Part shown: positions 32,909 to 41,647 of the stretch, in pieces
Position numbering within the stretch: the first letter of the stretch is position 1
Layout: each line of letters starts with the position of its first letter
NCBI GenBank assembly: GCA_030609975.1
Contig: JAUWSR010000001.1
Location: forward strand, 1 to 41,647
Direction: 5' to 3'
DNA: 41,647 nucleotides
Origin: Acidobacteriota bacterium
GTDB taxonomy: Bacteria > Acidobacteriota > Aminicenantia > Aminicenantales > Aminicenantaceae
The notes under the pieces: generated by a model
The model's database searches: none
Told to the model about the DNA's origin: nothing
What the model saw: the letters and a program-made list of their open reading frames with translations, nothing else
Program-made: the position numbers and the translations under genes

Positions 32909-33781
32909 TTATGCAAGATTTTGAACCTGCTGCCGTATGCTCTCCAATTCTCCTTTGACGGCTAAGCTTCGCTTGATGATCTCGAGGTCCTGAGCCTTGG
33001 AATTGATGGTATTCGTCTCTCGAAACAGCTCCTGTGCTACAAAATCCAGTTTTTTTCCCACAGGCTGGGATTCCTTCGTGTTCATGAGCTCTTTAAAATG
33101 AAGCAGATGGGATTTCAAACGTTCGATCTCTTCAGCCAGGTCATATCGTTGGGCCATGTAGGCCGTTTCCTCATAGAGTTTCTCTTCAGAAATTTTACCC
33201 TCTATACCTAGCTCCTGCAAACGTTCCCTCAATTTCTTCTTGATCAATAGCGGCTGCTTTTTCCCAAGACGCTCGATGTGTCTAAGGTGATTCTGGACCG
33301 TCTTGATATGGGCTAATATCTCCAGGCGAAGCTGTCTGCCTTCCCGGCAACGTGTTTTGATCAATTCCTGGAGGGTTTTGGCAAAAGCATCTTCCAGAAA
33401 GGCAAATTCTTTTGGGGCAAGATTTTTTCGTTTGATCTCCACGACATGGGGGACGCCGAACAGATTATCAAGAGAAAACTTGACGTGGCTTCCCTGAGAA
33501 AGGCTGTCCAGTGTACTCAGAATCTGGGCCAACAGGTTTTCATTGATTTGTATCTCCCAGCGTTTGGGATCGGAAAATTCCAGCTCGAATAGAACATCGA
33601 CCCTGCTCCGCTGCAGCTCACGTTGGCACAGTTTGCGAAGACGATTTTCGATGCCACCCAGCTGATTCCCGCGAAAATTCCAGTCGAAAAAACGATGGTT
33701 CAGGCTTTTGATGGTGATCTTTGCAGAAAAGGTCTTGGAAATGAACGCTTTTTCGGCAAAGCCGGTCATGCTTTGTATCAA
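32909..33781 (-). CDS. yicC: YicC-family protein (stress-induced endoribonuclease family)
   Basis: The TTG at 33781-33779 gives MIQSMTGFAEK, matching the usual M-x-x-SMTG N-terminus, and forms a TTGA stop/start overlap with the upstream ABC gene. An alternative ATG is at 33769. The C-terminal motif is ETNTINSKA. The longer ORF-track start (33850) overlaps the upstream gene. Confidence 0.8.
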   Translation of the reverse strand: MIQSMTGFAEKAFISKTFSAKITIKSLNHRFFDWNFRGNQLGGIENRLRKLCQRELQRSRVDVLFELEFSDPKRWEIQINENLLAQILSTLDSLSQGSHVKFSLDNLFGVPHVVEIKRKNLAPKEFAFLEDAFAKTLQELIKTRCREGRQLRLEILAHIKTVQNHLRHIERLGKKQPLLIKKKLRERLQELGIEGKISEEKLYEETAYMAQRYDLAEEIERLKSHLLHFKELMNTKESQPVGKKLDFVAQELFRETNTINSKAQDLEIIKRSLAVKGELESIRQQVQNLA

Positions 33782-35580
33782 GATTTTATCTCCTTCTCCT
33801 CCACAAATTGCAGGTCGTAGAGCTTTCGGTAGATGCCGTTGAGACGACACAATTCCTCATGTGTCCCGATCTCAGCCACCCGGCCTTGATCGATCACGAA
33901 TATTCTGTTGGCATTCCGGATGGTGGAAAGACGATGGGCGATAACAAAGGTCGTTCGGTCTTTCATGACATTGGAGAGAGCACTCTGGATAAGTGTCTCG
34001 GACTCTGCGTCCAGAGCTGAGGTGGCTTCATCCAGGATAAGGATGGGAGGATCCTTGAGAAGAGCTCTTGCGATGGAAAGCCGCTGCTTCTGGCCGCTGG
34101 AAAGCATGTTCCCCTTCTCTCCGATCGGGGACTCATACCCTTGTGGGAGCCGAGAGATAAATTCGTGAGCTTCAGCCGCTCGGGCGGCGGCCTCGACCTT
34201 ACTGTCTTGAATATCGGCCAATCCATAGGCGATGTTGTTACGGACAGAATCGTTGAAAAGAATCAACTCCTGAGTCACAAGTCCGAGCTGAGATCGGAGG
34301 GAGCAAAGCTGGACATCCCGAACATCGTGTCCATCGATTAAAATATTGCCGGAAGTAGGATCATAAAAACGAGAGAGCAGATTGATAATGGTGGTTTTCC
34401 CCGATCCGCTCAATCCTACCAAGGCGATCAATTCTTGGGCCTGGACCTCAAAGCTGACATCATAGAGAGCGGGGCGAGATTCTGAGTAGCTGAAGGAGAC
34501 ACTGTCGAATACGACTTTCCCTTTGATAGGCGGTAGAGGTTCGGCGTCCACCCTCTCCAAAATGGACGATTCATGCTGGAGAATCTCCTGTACCCGCTCC
34601 AAGCTTGCAACCCCTTGCTGGAGGCTGTTGTTGGCCCGGCTTATTCTTTTGATAGGCGTGTACATCATGAAGAGCGCCATGATAAAGGCCCCAAAATCAC
34701 CTGTACTGATGTGACCATCCGTTATCCGTTGGGTGCCGACAAATAGAATAAAAGCTCCCACCAAGCCCCCCATAAACTCCATAAAGGGCGAGGAAAGACT
34801 TCCGATCCAGGCAAAACGCAGGCTGGATCGATACAGATTCTTGGTAGCCTCAGCAAATTTCCTGATCTCGAATTTCTCCATGGTAAAGGCTTTGACGATC
34901 TGGCTGCCGGTGAGGGTTTCATGCAGTAGGCTGAAAATATGAGCCATACGCACTTGGTTCAGCTTGCCGATTTTTTTCAGTTGGCGGCCGAAAACAGCCA
35001 GCGGAATAATAGCCAGAGGCAGGATGACGAATGATGTCAAAGCCAAATGCCAGTCTATGAAAAACACACCGACCAAAAGAGCGAAAAGGACAAATATCTC
35101 CTGGATGAAGTCCTTAGCGCTGCCCGAGAGAGCCTCCTGAATCCTGTCGACATCACTTGTCACCCGCGACATCAACTCACCTGTCGACCGGTGGTCGAAG
35201 TAATCCGAGGATTGGTAAACCAGATGTCCAAACAGATCGTCACGTATCCTCTGAACAACTTTCAATCCCACCGACCTCATCAGAAAAGATGAAAGAAAAG
35301 TGAACAGGCCTTTCCCGAAAATAACTCCCACCAGGATCCAGGGCAGATACTGAACCAACTGCTCGATAGTAAGGTTGAAAATATCAAGAAATAAGTCCAT
35401 GAGGCGGGGCTTATCAGGAATGTCTTCGGTGGACATCTTGAGCATAAAATCCATGATGGGCTGGACCAGGTTGATAAAGGCATATGTGAACAGAGCCACA
35501 AACAGCGTGCAGATAAAAGACAGGATCAGGCGCGGCTTTTCTTCGAATACGAGTTTTAAGAGCTGTATCAAAGATCTCAT
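33778..35580 (-). CDS. ABC exporter, fused permease-ATPase (MsbA-like)
   Basis: Start trimmed to the ATG at 35580 (MRSLIQLLKL), 600 aa. Six-TM domain, Walker A GLSGSGKTT, signature LSSGQKQRLSIARA, Walker B ILILDEATSALD. Confidence 0.85.
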   Translation of the reverse strand: MRSLIQLLKLVFEEKPRLILSFICTLFVALFTYAFINLVQPIMDFMLKMSTEDIPDKPRLMDLFLDIFNLTIEQLVQYLPWILVGVIFGKGLFTFLSSFLMRSVGLKVVQRIRDDLFGHLVYQSSDYFDHRSTGELMSRVTSDVDRIQEALSGSAKDFIQEIFVLFALLVGVFFIDWHLALTSFVILPLAIIPLAVFGRQLKKIGKLNQVRMAHIFSLLHETLTGSQIVKAFTMEKFEIRKFAEATKNLYRSSLRFAWIGSLSSPFMEFMGGLVGAFILFVGTQRITDGHISTGDFGAFIMALFMMYTPIKRISRANNSLQQGVASLERVQEILQHESSILERVDAEPLPPIKGKVVFDSVSFSYSESRPALYDVSFEVQAQELIALVGLSGSGKTTIINLLSRFYDPTSGNILIDGHDVRDVQLCSLRSQLGLVTQELILFNDSVRNNIAYGLADIQDSKVEAAARAAEAHEFISRLPQGYESPIGEKGNMLSSGQKQRLSIARALLKDPPILILDEATSALDAESETLIQSALSNVMKDRTTFVIAHRLSTIRNANRIFVIDQGRVAEIGTHEELCRLNGIYRKLYDLQFVEEKEIKS

Positions 35581-35587
35581 GTTATTT

Positions 35588-36616
35588 CTAGGAATAATAT
35601 TCTGAGGCCACAACCCGAGCTGTCTCGTAAGCATTCAGGGCTGAACCCAAAGTAAGATTATCCGCCGCAGCCCAGATCCAAAAAATATGCGGCCGATTTT
35701 TTTCCTGTTTCAATTGTCCGACATAGATTTTTTCTTGTCCGGCTGCGGATACAGCGGATGTGGGACAGGACTGAGTGGAAGTGCAATATTTTATGTGGGG
35801 AGACGCCCGCAATCCCTCTTCCAATTTTGCCAAAGTTAGTCTCTGATCAAGTTCGAAATAAAGCATGAGTGAATACGCAAGGAACACCGGAACCTGAACC
35901 AGTGAAAGCGACAGAGGAAAATCCGGATCATCCATAACCTCTCGGGTTTCCCGCAAGATCTGACGTTCGGTTGCGGAAAATCCCTGCTTGTCCACGGGGC
36001 TGACTTGCGAAAGCAGGTTAAAAGCGATCTGGGCCTTAAAGATCTTCTTAGTTAGGGCCGTGCTGTTGAGCATACCAACACTCTGATCGGCAAGTTCCTG
36101 GATACCGGTTTCCCCAAAAACGGATACCGGCTGCATGACGGTCACGACAGCCCGGGAGATGGCTGCTTCCTCCCGGATCACATGGAAAAGATGTGAAAGA
36201 AAAATGGTTGCGGGATTGGGATTAGAGATAAGTCGGGGTTTCGCACCCAAGACCTTGTCAGTATTGACACCAGCCACAACAACGGGGACATCCTTGTCAT
36301 CCGTAAAGGACTCTTCCAAGTCAATCACCACGCTCTTATCTCGAGCAGCCAGTCTTCCATACTTCTGGTTGATCTTCTTTTCCGAGGCCAGAAAAAGCAG
36401 GTCGATCCCGGATAAAGCCTTCTCGGTAACCGCAGTGATCACCTTGGGTTCACTCTGAAACCGAGTCAACTTGCTGTATTCGTCCTCCACGTCAGGGTCG
36501 AAAAATTCGATGTTGTCCAGGGGGAAAGGTTTGCGTTCCAAAACATTTTTGATCTCTTTTCCCCGAAGGGAGTCCGTGCCTATTAAGGCAAGATGGATTT
36601 TCCCCTTTTTATCCAT
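35588..36616 (-). CDS. Aspartate-semialdehyde dehydrogenase homolog lacking catalytic residues (probable pseudoenzyme or neofunctionalised paralog)
   Basis: ATG at 36616 (the ORF-track start at 36625 is a TTG). Collinear with Asd, e.g. QIAFNLLSQV and WAAADNLTLGSALNA. However, NPNC is NPNPATI, GHS is AYS, and the dinucleotide-binding loop reads GTDSLRG. Confidence 0.75.
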   Translation of the reverse strand: MDKKGKIHLALIGTDSLRGKEIKNVLERKPFPLDNIEFFDPDVEDEYSKLTRFQSEPKVITAVTEKALSGIDLLFLASEKKINQKYGRLAARDKSVVIDLEESFTDDKDVPVVVAGVNTDKVLGAKPRLISNPNPATIFLSHLFHVIREEAAISRAVVTVMQPVSVFGETGIQELADQSVGMLNSTALTKKIFKAQIAFNLLSQVSPVDKQGFSATERQILRETREVMDDPDFPLSLSLVQVPVFLAYSLMLYFELDQRLTLAKLEEGLRASPHIKYCTSTQSCPTSAVSAAGQEKIYVGQLKQEKNRPHIFWIWAAADNLTLGSALNAYETARVVASEYYS

Positions 36617-36628
36617 GTTGAACAAAGC

Positions 36629-36862
36629 TCAGCGCAAGGAACCTCGGTACTCAGACATCAGGACATACATCTTATCTTTGAGTATAAGTTTTCTTTTTTT
36701 GAGGTCTTTGACTTGCAATTCGTCTTCATCCGTTAAGATCTTCTTTCGTCCCAGCTTCTCCAATTCTTCTTCACATTCCCGATGAAGCGCAATCATCTGC
36801 TTGAACTCCGCGCTCTCTTTGGACAAGATCTCTTTTATCGCGTTTTCATCCACTTGGCTCAA
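36629..36862 (-). CDS. DUF465 (YdcH-like) small coiled-coil protein
   Basis: 74-77 aa. HRECEEELEKL...LQVKDLKKRKLILKDKM is typical of DUF465. The likely real start is the GTG at 36853, with AGAGG 9 nt upstream; the ORF-track start at 36862 is a TTG abutting that SD. Confidence 0.65.
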   Translation of the reverse strand: MSQVDENAIKEILSKESAEFKQMIALHRECEEELEKLGRKKILTDEDELQVKDLKKRKLILKDKMYVLMSEYRGSLR

Positions 36863-36874
36863 CCTCTAAGCGAC

Positions 36875-36903
36875 AGAATATCATAATGGCTGGACGAATT
36901 CAA
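36875..36903 (-). promoter_or_regulatory. Candidate sigma-70 promoter for the DUF465/Asd-like/ABC/yicC unit
   Basis: Minus strand: TTGAAT (36903-36898), 17 nt, TATTCT (36880-36875). Confidence 0.35.
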
Positions 36904-36943
36904 TTTGGCCAGGCATTACAAATATACCGAGTACTCAATAACC

Positions 36944-36972
36944 TTGACTTTAATTGAGGACGTTACTATACT
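36944..36972 (+). promoter_or_regulatory. Sigma-70 promoter of tRNA-Phe
   Basis: TTGACT (36944-36949), exact 17-nt spacer, TATACT (36967-36972). Lies 25 nt upstream of the mature tRNA 5' end. Confidence 0.6.
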
Positions 36973-36997
36973 TTTAGGCAACCTCATTTATGAGGCG

Positions 36998-37070
36998 GGC
37001 GAGGTAGCTCAGTCGGTAGAGCGAGAGACTGAAAATCTCTGCGTCGGCGGTTCGATTCCGCCCCTCGCCA
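36998..37070 (+). tRNA. tRNA-Phe: tRNA-Phe (anticodon GAA)
   Basis: Cloverleaf folded by hand. Acceptor GGCGAGG/CCTCGCC; D arm GCTC-AGTCGGTA-GAGC; anticodon arm AGAGA-CTGAAAA-TCTCT; variable loop GCGTC; T arm GGCGG-TTCGATT-CCGCC; discriminator A. CCA is not encoded. Confidence 0.95.
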
Positions 37071-37265
37071 TGTTTCATTACACCCTTTGATATTTCTATT
37101 CCAGTCAGTTATCGCATCATCCTTCTGCATATGCACCATAACGATAACCAAATAACATAATTCAGATGTTGAATGGATCATTCACAGCCCGCCCGAAAGG
37201 TAAAAGACACCGACATTAGAAATATGGTTTTTCGACTAGAACAGTCGGTGGCTTTTATGAATAAT

Positions 37266-38126
37266 TCATTCTAGGGTTTTGAGGAAGTCTTTGAGAGGGC
37301 GTTGAAATTCCTCCCGTTTCAGGGCTAAAGCAAGAGAGGCCTGGAGGAATGTGAGTTTATCTCCGCAATCGTATCGTGTCCCCTCGAAGAGATGACCATA
37401 AACGCTCTGTTCCTCCAGAAGCAGCTTGATGGCATCCGTGATCTGGACCTCCCCACGATGATCAGGTGGGGTACGTCTGATGGCATCAAATATCTCAGGA
37501 GTGAAGACGTAGCGGCCGATCAATCCCAGGTCGGAAAAAGCCTTTTCCGGACCGGGCTTTTCGACCAGGTCTAACACTTGAAAGGTAGTTTCGGTCATTT
37601 GTTTTGGTTTTATGATCCCGTACTTTTTGGTGCCTTCTTTATCGACGCGTCCCAAGACAACCACAGAGGAAGCATATTCTTGATATACATCTATGAGCTG
37701 CTTTGTACACGGCACCGGACAGTCAAAGATGTCATCGGGAAGCAAAACCGCAAAAGGCTCGCCTGCGATGAAGCTTTCCGCCATCAGGATAGCATGACCC
37801 AATCCTAAAGCCTGCTGTTGGCGGATATAACAGAATTCAGCCAAACCGGATATCTCTTTGACCTGTTCCAACAGATCCAACTTATTCTTTTTCTCTAGGA
37901 AATATTCCAATTCAGGGCTCTGGTCAAAATGATCCATAAGCGCAGACTTCCCCCGGCTGATGATGACAGCGATGTGCTCGATCCCGGAACCCACAGCCTC
38001 CTCAACGCTGTACTGGATCAAAGGCTTGTCCACCACATTCAGCATTTCTTTGGGTTGGGCTTTGGTGGCCGGCAGGAAGCGTGTTCCAAAACCAGCAGCG
38101 GGAATAACGGCCTTGCGTACTTTCAT
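37266..38126 (-). CDS. galU: UTP-glucose-1-phosphate uridylyltransferase
   Basis: 286 aa. KAVIPAAGFGTRFLPATKAQPKEML, VEKP. Confidence 0.9.
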   Translation of the reverse strand: MKVRKAVIPAAGFGTRFLPATKAQPKEMLNVVDKPLIQYSVEEAVGSGIEHIAVIISRGKSALMDHFDQSPELEYFLEKKNKLDLLEQVKEISGLAEFCYIRQQQALGLGHAILMAESFIAGEPFAVLLPDDIFDCPVPCTKQLIDVYQEYASSVVVLGRVDKEGTKKYGIIKPKQMTETTFQVLDLVEKPGPEKAFSDLGLIGRYVFTPEIFDAIRRTPPDHRGEVQITDAIKLLLEEQSVYGHLFEGTRYDCGDKLTFLQASLALALKREEFQRPLKDFLKTLE

Positions 38127-38137
38127 TTTTTAACCTC

Positions 38138-38172
38138 AAAAAAAAACGGGGAGAGGAAAAATCCCCTCCCCG
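38138..38172 (-). terminator. Intrinsic terminator after the outer-membrane protein gene, abutting the galU SD
   Basis: Minus strand: CGGGGAGGGGA-TTTT-TCCTCTCCCCG (11-bp stem with one mismatch), followed by T9, then GAGG and the galU ATG. Confidence 0.75.
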
Positions 38173-38223
38173 CTTTGCAATAATTCAATAATCGTTAGAC
38201 TATCGCTATAATCCTTCCTGAGT

Positions 38224-39486
38224 TTACCAGCCGTAACCAAGTCCGAATTCAAACGACCAGATACTCATGGTGTGCAGACCAGGATTGTTTTCGGGAAACA
38301 GGACACCGGAAGGATAGGGCGCAACGTCTCTATCTTTACCCATAAGATACTCAGCCGCAAAATCTAAAAGGAAGCCATTGCTAGCATAGCCAAATCCAAA
38401 GGTGATGGCGTTGTAGTCGAACTGCGGCATCAATACCGTAAAGGTTTTATCCGGAGCCGGGGCCGGATCGTAATAATAGCCTGCGCGCAGGGCCCATTTG
38501 CTCAGAAGATATTCCAAGCCGAAACGCCACTGGATCTTATCTACCCAATCGAGTTTGAGCGTACCATCAACAGCACCCCAGGTAGGATCTGTAAACTCGG
38601 TCTCGAGCTCATCCAGCTTCCCCCAGTTTGTGTACTGGGCGTCGGCCGTGAAGGTCAGTTTGTCCGTTGGCTTTAAGGCGATGCCGGCAGCGAACCACAT
38701 AGGGGAAGTGACTTTGCGTTCAAATTCGGTTTTTGTGCTGGCCCCGAGAGCACTGATGTTCTCGATCGAGGCATCCCCGGACATAGAGATTTTACTCGCC
38801 GTGCGGTAGGTCAGTCCAAAACTGAAGGCATCACTGGGTTTGACCAGCAGGCCAAAAGTACCGCTTACTCCCCAACCTGTGGAGTCTTCCTCATACTGAC
38901 CCATGTTAAATAAGAACGGCGGAAACGGAACCGCTTGCAATCCGGCCCAACGGCTGATGGAGAACATTCCGTAGTTCAGGTTCAGGGTGGCGCCCACCAT
39001 GATCTGTTCGTTGATCTCATAGGCAATAACCGGAGAAATGGTGAGCACTCCGATAAAACTGAGCAGTTCATAGTCCATGCCATAAATTTCAGAACCTTTC
39101 CATTTGGAGCCCAGTCCGGATGGGGTGTAAACACCGATCCCCAGTGTAAGCTTGTCACTGGCGGGGAAGTAAAATCCTATCAGGCCGGCCGGATAGATCT
39201 TGGATTCGGCCTTAACTGCCTCGCTTGCCAAGGGACTTTTATAGGTTTGCGAAGGTATGATTAAACTTCCTGAGATTCCGAATGTTTTCTTCTTGAGCTG
39301 GGCTAAACCCGCCGGATTCCAATAAACGGCAGTGTAATCATCGGCCAGGCCCACGAACGCGCCACCCATGGCCACGGCTCGAGCGCCTAATCCGTTCAAG
39401 TTCAATCCATTGGCAAAGGCGACAGAACTTATCAGCGCCAGAAATGCAACTAAAGTAATACTTCTTTTCAATCGCTTCATAAACAA
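38224..39486 (-). CDS. Outer-membrane beta-barrel transport protein, FadL/OmpP1/TodX family
   Basis: 420 aa. Signal peptide ending AFA. N-terminal hatch motif GLGARAVAMGGAFVGLADDYTAVYWNPAGLA. Alternating beta-strand pattern and a C-terminal aromatic residue (GYGW). Confidence 0.8.
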   Translation of the reverse strand: MFMKRLKRSITLVAFLALISSVAFANGLNLNGLGARAVAMGGAFVGLADDYTAVYWNPAGLAQLKKKTFGISGSLIIPSQTYKSPLASEAVKAESKIYPAGLIGFYFPASDKLTLGIGVYTPSGLGSKWKGSEIYGMDYELLSFIGVLTISPVIAYEINEQIMVGATLNLNYGMFSISRWAGLQAVPFPPFLFNMGQYEEDSTGWGVSGTFGLLVKPSDAFSFGLTYRTASKISMSGDASIENISALGASTKTEFERKVTSPMWFAAGIALKPTDKLTFTADAQYTNWGKLDELETEFTDPTWGAVDGTLKLDWVDKIQWRFGLEYLLSKWALRAGYYYDPAPAPDKTFTVLMPQFDYNAITFGFGYASNGFLLDFAAEYLMGKDRDVAPYPSGVLFPENNPGLHTMSIWSFEFGLGYGW

Positions 39487-39506
39487 CCTCCTTTAGGGTT
39501 TCGTTT

Positions 39507-39535
39507 TAAATACAATATTCTCAACAATTTGTCAA
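39507..39535 (-). promoter_or_regulatory. Candidate sigma-70 promoter of the FadL-like gene
   Basis: Minus strand: TTGACA (39535-39530), 17 nt, TATTTA (39512-39507). A GGAGG SD lies 6 nt before the ATG. Confidence 0.45.
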
Positions 39536-39571
39536 ACAGAATTTCCGGCTAACAAAGGCTAAACAAACACC

Positions 39572-41647
39572 TTAACTCGAAACCGCAGGCTGCTTGGTAA
39601 AGGTATATTTACCGCGGTCATCCACATCAACCACGACGGTATCACCTTCGTCATAACGCCCTTCCAGGATCTGCATGGCCAGTGGATTCTGGACATCCTG
39701 CTGCAGGATGCGCTGCAGGGGACGGGCACCATAGACAGGATCGTACCCCCGCTCCGCTAAAAGCTGTTTGGCTTTAGCTTTGATCTGGATATCGATCTTC
39801 CGAGTCTGGAGTCTCTTCCCAAGTTCCTCGATCTGAATATCCAGTATTTTGATGATGACCTCACGACTGAGAGACCGGAAGATCACAACCTCATCCACTC
39901 GGTTTAAGAACTCGGGACGAAAATGGCTTTCCAGGATGGCAGTGACCTCTTTTTCCATTCTCTCATGATCCTGCCCCAATTCTTTTATGATCAGACTTCC
40001 CAGATTGGAGGTCATGATGATCAGTGTGTTTTTGAAATCCACCGTCCTCCCCTTGCCATCGGTGAGTCTGCCGTCATCCAGGATCTGCAGCAGGACGTTG
40101 AAGACATCGCTGTGGGCTTTTTCGATCTCATCCAGGAGCACGATCGAATAGGGCCTGCGTTTTATAGCCTCGGTAAGCTGTCCCCCCTCTTCATAACCCA
40201 CATAGCCGGGAGGAGCTCCGATCAAGCGGGAGACGGTGTGTTTTTCCATGTACTCCGACATATCCAGCCGGACCATGGCCCGTTCATCATCGAATAAGAA
40301 TTCCGCAAGTGCCCGAGCCAACTCCGTCTTCCCCACCCCGGTAGGTCCTAAAAACAAAAAGGAGCCGATGGGCCGGGATTCATCTTGAATACCTGCTCGT
40401 GCCCGGCGAATGGTGTCGGAAACCACTTGCAGAGCATGGTCCTGTCCCACCACTCTTTGGGCCAGGTTCTCCTCCATTCGGACGAGCCTTTCCGTTTCCC
40501 CTTCCAACATTTTTGAAACCGGGATTCCTGTCCAGCGTGAGACCACCTGGGCTATATCCTCTTCGTCCACCTCTTCTTTGAGCATCTTGTGCTCCTTCTG
40601 AACATCGGCCAACTGCTGAGTGAGGACATCGATCCGGCTCCGGTTCTCCACCAGCTTTCCATACCGGATCTCAGCCACTCTTTCGAGCTCGCCTCGCCTC
40701 TCAGCATTTTGCTCCTCACTCTTTAGGTTGTCCGCCTCCTCCTTCAGCCTGTTGATCGAATCGATCAGCTCTTTTTCCCTGTTCCAGCGCAGCTTCAGGG
40801 GTTTGCTCTGTTCTTGCAGACCGGCCAGTTCTTTGTTTAGGCTCTCTAATTTTCCCTTGGCACTTCTGTCTTTCTCTTTTTTGAGTGCCTGTTTTTCAAT
40901 CTCGAGCTGAGTGATGCGGCGTTCCAATTCATCGATCTCTTCCGGCATGCTGTCGATCTCGATCCGGATGCGGGCGGCGGCCTCATCGATGAGGTCGACG
41001 GCCTTGTCCGGGAGCTGCCGTCCCGTGATATACCGGTTGGAGAGAGTGGCGGCCGCAACCAGGGCCGCGTCCTTTATCTCAACTCCGTGATGGACTTCGT
41101 ACTTTTCCTTCAAGCCCCGTAGAATAGAGATCGTCTCCTCCACAGAAGGCTCTCCTACAAAGATCTGCTGAAAGCGTCTTTCCAAAGCGGCATCTTTTTC
41201 GATGTATTTTTTATATTCATTCAAGGTTGTCGCGCCAACGCAGCGGAGTTCCCCACGGGCCAGGGACGGCTTCAACATGTTGGAGGCATCCACAGCTCCT
41301 TCGGACGCACCCGCTCCGATGATAGTGTGGAGCTCATCGATGAAAAGGATGATCCCACCCTGTGACTCTTTGACCTCTTTCAGGACAGCTTTCAAACGAT
41401 CCTCGAACTCCCCCCGGTACTTGGCTCCGGCCAGCAAAAGACCGATATCCAACGCCACGATCCGTTTATCTTTTAAAAGTTGGGGGACATCCCCATTCGC
41501 GATGCGTTGGGCCAAGCCTTCAACGATAGCGGTCTTCCCCACCCCGGCCTCACCGATCAGCACCGGATTATTTTTGGTGCGTCGGGAGAGGATCTGGATG
41601 ACTCTGCGGATCTCGTCTTCCCGCCCGATCACGGGATCCATCTTTCC
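39572..41647 (-). CDS. clpB: Chaperone ClpB (AAA+ disaggregase). The N-terminal domain lies beyond the right edge.
   Basis: The frame is open to the window end (GKMDPVIGR...). NBD1 Walker [10 protein letters not shown], a long coiled-coil M domain, NBD2 Walker [10 protein letters not shown], sensor GARPLQR. Confidence 0.9.
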   Translation of the reverse strand, partial: GKMDPVIGREDEIRRVIQILSRRTKNNPVLIGEAGVGKTAIVEGLAQRIANGDVPQLLKDKRIVALDIGLLLAGAKYRGEFEDRLKAVLKEVKESQGGIILFIDELHTIIGAGASEGAVDASNMLKPSLARGELRCVGATTLNEYKKYIEKDAALERRFQQIFVGEPSVEETISILRGLKEKYEVHHGVEIKDAALVAAATLSNRYITGRQLPDKAVDLIDEAAARIRIEIDSMPEEIDELERRITQLEIEKQALKKEKDRSAKGKLESLNKELAGLQEQSKPLKLRWNREKELIDSINRLKEEADNLKSEEQNAERRGELERVAEIRYGKLVENRSRIDVLTQQLADVQKEHKMLKEEVDEEDIAQVVSRWTGIPVSKMLEGETERLVRMEENLAQRVVGQDHALQVVSDTIRRARAGIQDESRPIGSFLFLGPTGVGKTELARALAEFLFDDERAMVRLDMSEYMEKHTVSRLIGAPPGYVGYEEGGQLTEAIKRRPYSIVLLDEIEKAHSDVFNVLLQILDDGRLTDGKGRTVDFKNTLIIMTSNLGSLIIKELGQDHERMEKEVTAILESHFRPEFLNRVDEVVIFRSLSREVIIKILDIQIEELGKRLQTRKIDIQIKAKAKQLLAERGYDPVYGARPLQRILQQDVQNPLAMQILEGRYDEGDTVVVDVDDRGKYTFTKQPAVSS

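Noticed and set aside
36998-37265. tRNA-Phe as a possible genomic-island integration site.
   Set aside because: No direct repeat of the tRNA 3' end appears downstream, there is no integrase, and the flanking genes (galU, the FadL-like OMP gene, clpB) are housekeeping.
1-41647. Searched for CRISPR arrays, rRNA genes, transposases/IS ends, prophage or toxin-antitoxin/defence cassettes.
   Set aside because: I saw no regularly spaced direct repeats, no rRNA-like segments, and no ORFs with DDE, integrase, capsid or terminase motifs. The only nuclease-helicase (14806-17721) sits among housekeeping genes without defence-type partners.

Overview
This 41.6-kb window of bacterial chromosome looks like it comes from a diderm organism. 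It is about 90% coding, mostly housekeeping, and mostly on the minus strand. I found no CRISPR array, transposase, integrase or recognisable defence cassette.

Gene content, left to right:
1. A roughly 7.4-kb minus-strand operon (1-7415). It has a SucC-like ATP-grasp subunit (GTG start) carrying an extra C-terminal eight-cysteine ferredoxin-like module, then a SucD-like alpha subunit and a short citrate-synthase-like lyase. This is the CcsA/CcsB/Ccl architecture of citryl-CoA synthetase plus citryl-CoA lyase. Next come an HD-domain protein, a LeuC/LeuD-type two-subunit hydro-lyase, an isocitrate/homoisocitrate-type dehydrogenase, and a second, divergent large-subunit paralog that runs off the left edge.
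2. An ECF sigma / zf-HC2 anti-sigma / secreted helical-repeat protein operon. A small frame-disrupted ORF follows it, paralogous to the C-terminal domain of the repeat protein.
3. A NatAB-like ABC-2 exporter.
4. sppA.
5. A single-chain UvrD-type helicase with a C-terminal four-Cys PD-(D/E)XK nuclease.
6. A phosphohexomutase gene translationally coupled to ftsB.
7. A lipoprotein-type pcm.
8. A plus-strand unit coaD-pilMNOPQ plus two uncharacterised lipoprotein genes, closed by a textbook intrinsic terminator.
9. A long minus-strand housekeeping run: DUF465 gene, Asd-like gene, MsbA-like ABC gene and yicC, then gmk, coaBC, a family-4 UDG gene and priA.
10. tRNA-Phe(GAA) with a near-consensus promoter.
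11. galU, a FadL-type outer-membrane protein gene, and clpB truncated at the right edge.

Observations most worth following up:
- The Fe-S module fused to the CcsA-like subunit, and the compact citrate-cleavage / LeuCD-type hydro-lyase / dehydrogenase operon.
- An Asd homolog lacking the catalytic Cys and His.
- A PriA whose helicase motifs I, II, III and VI are eroded while its zinc-binding cysteines are intact.
- Two unknown lipoproteins co-transcribed with the PilQ secretin.
- A strongly initiated small gene broken by one nucleotide in an A5 run.

Every functional call rests on reading the translations and recognising motifs. No database search was run.
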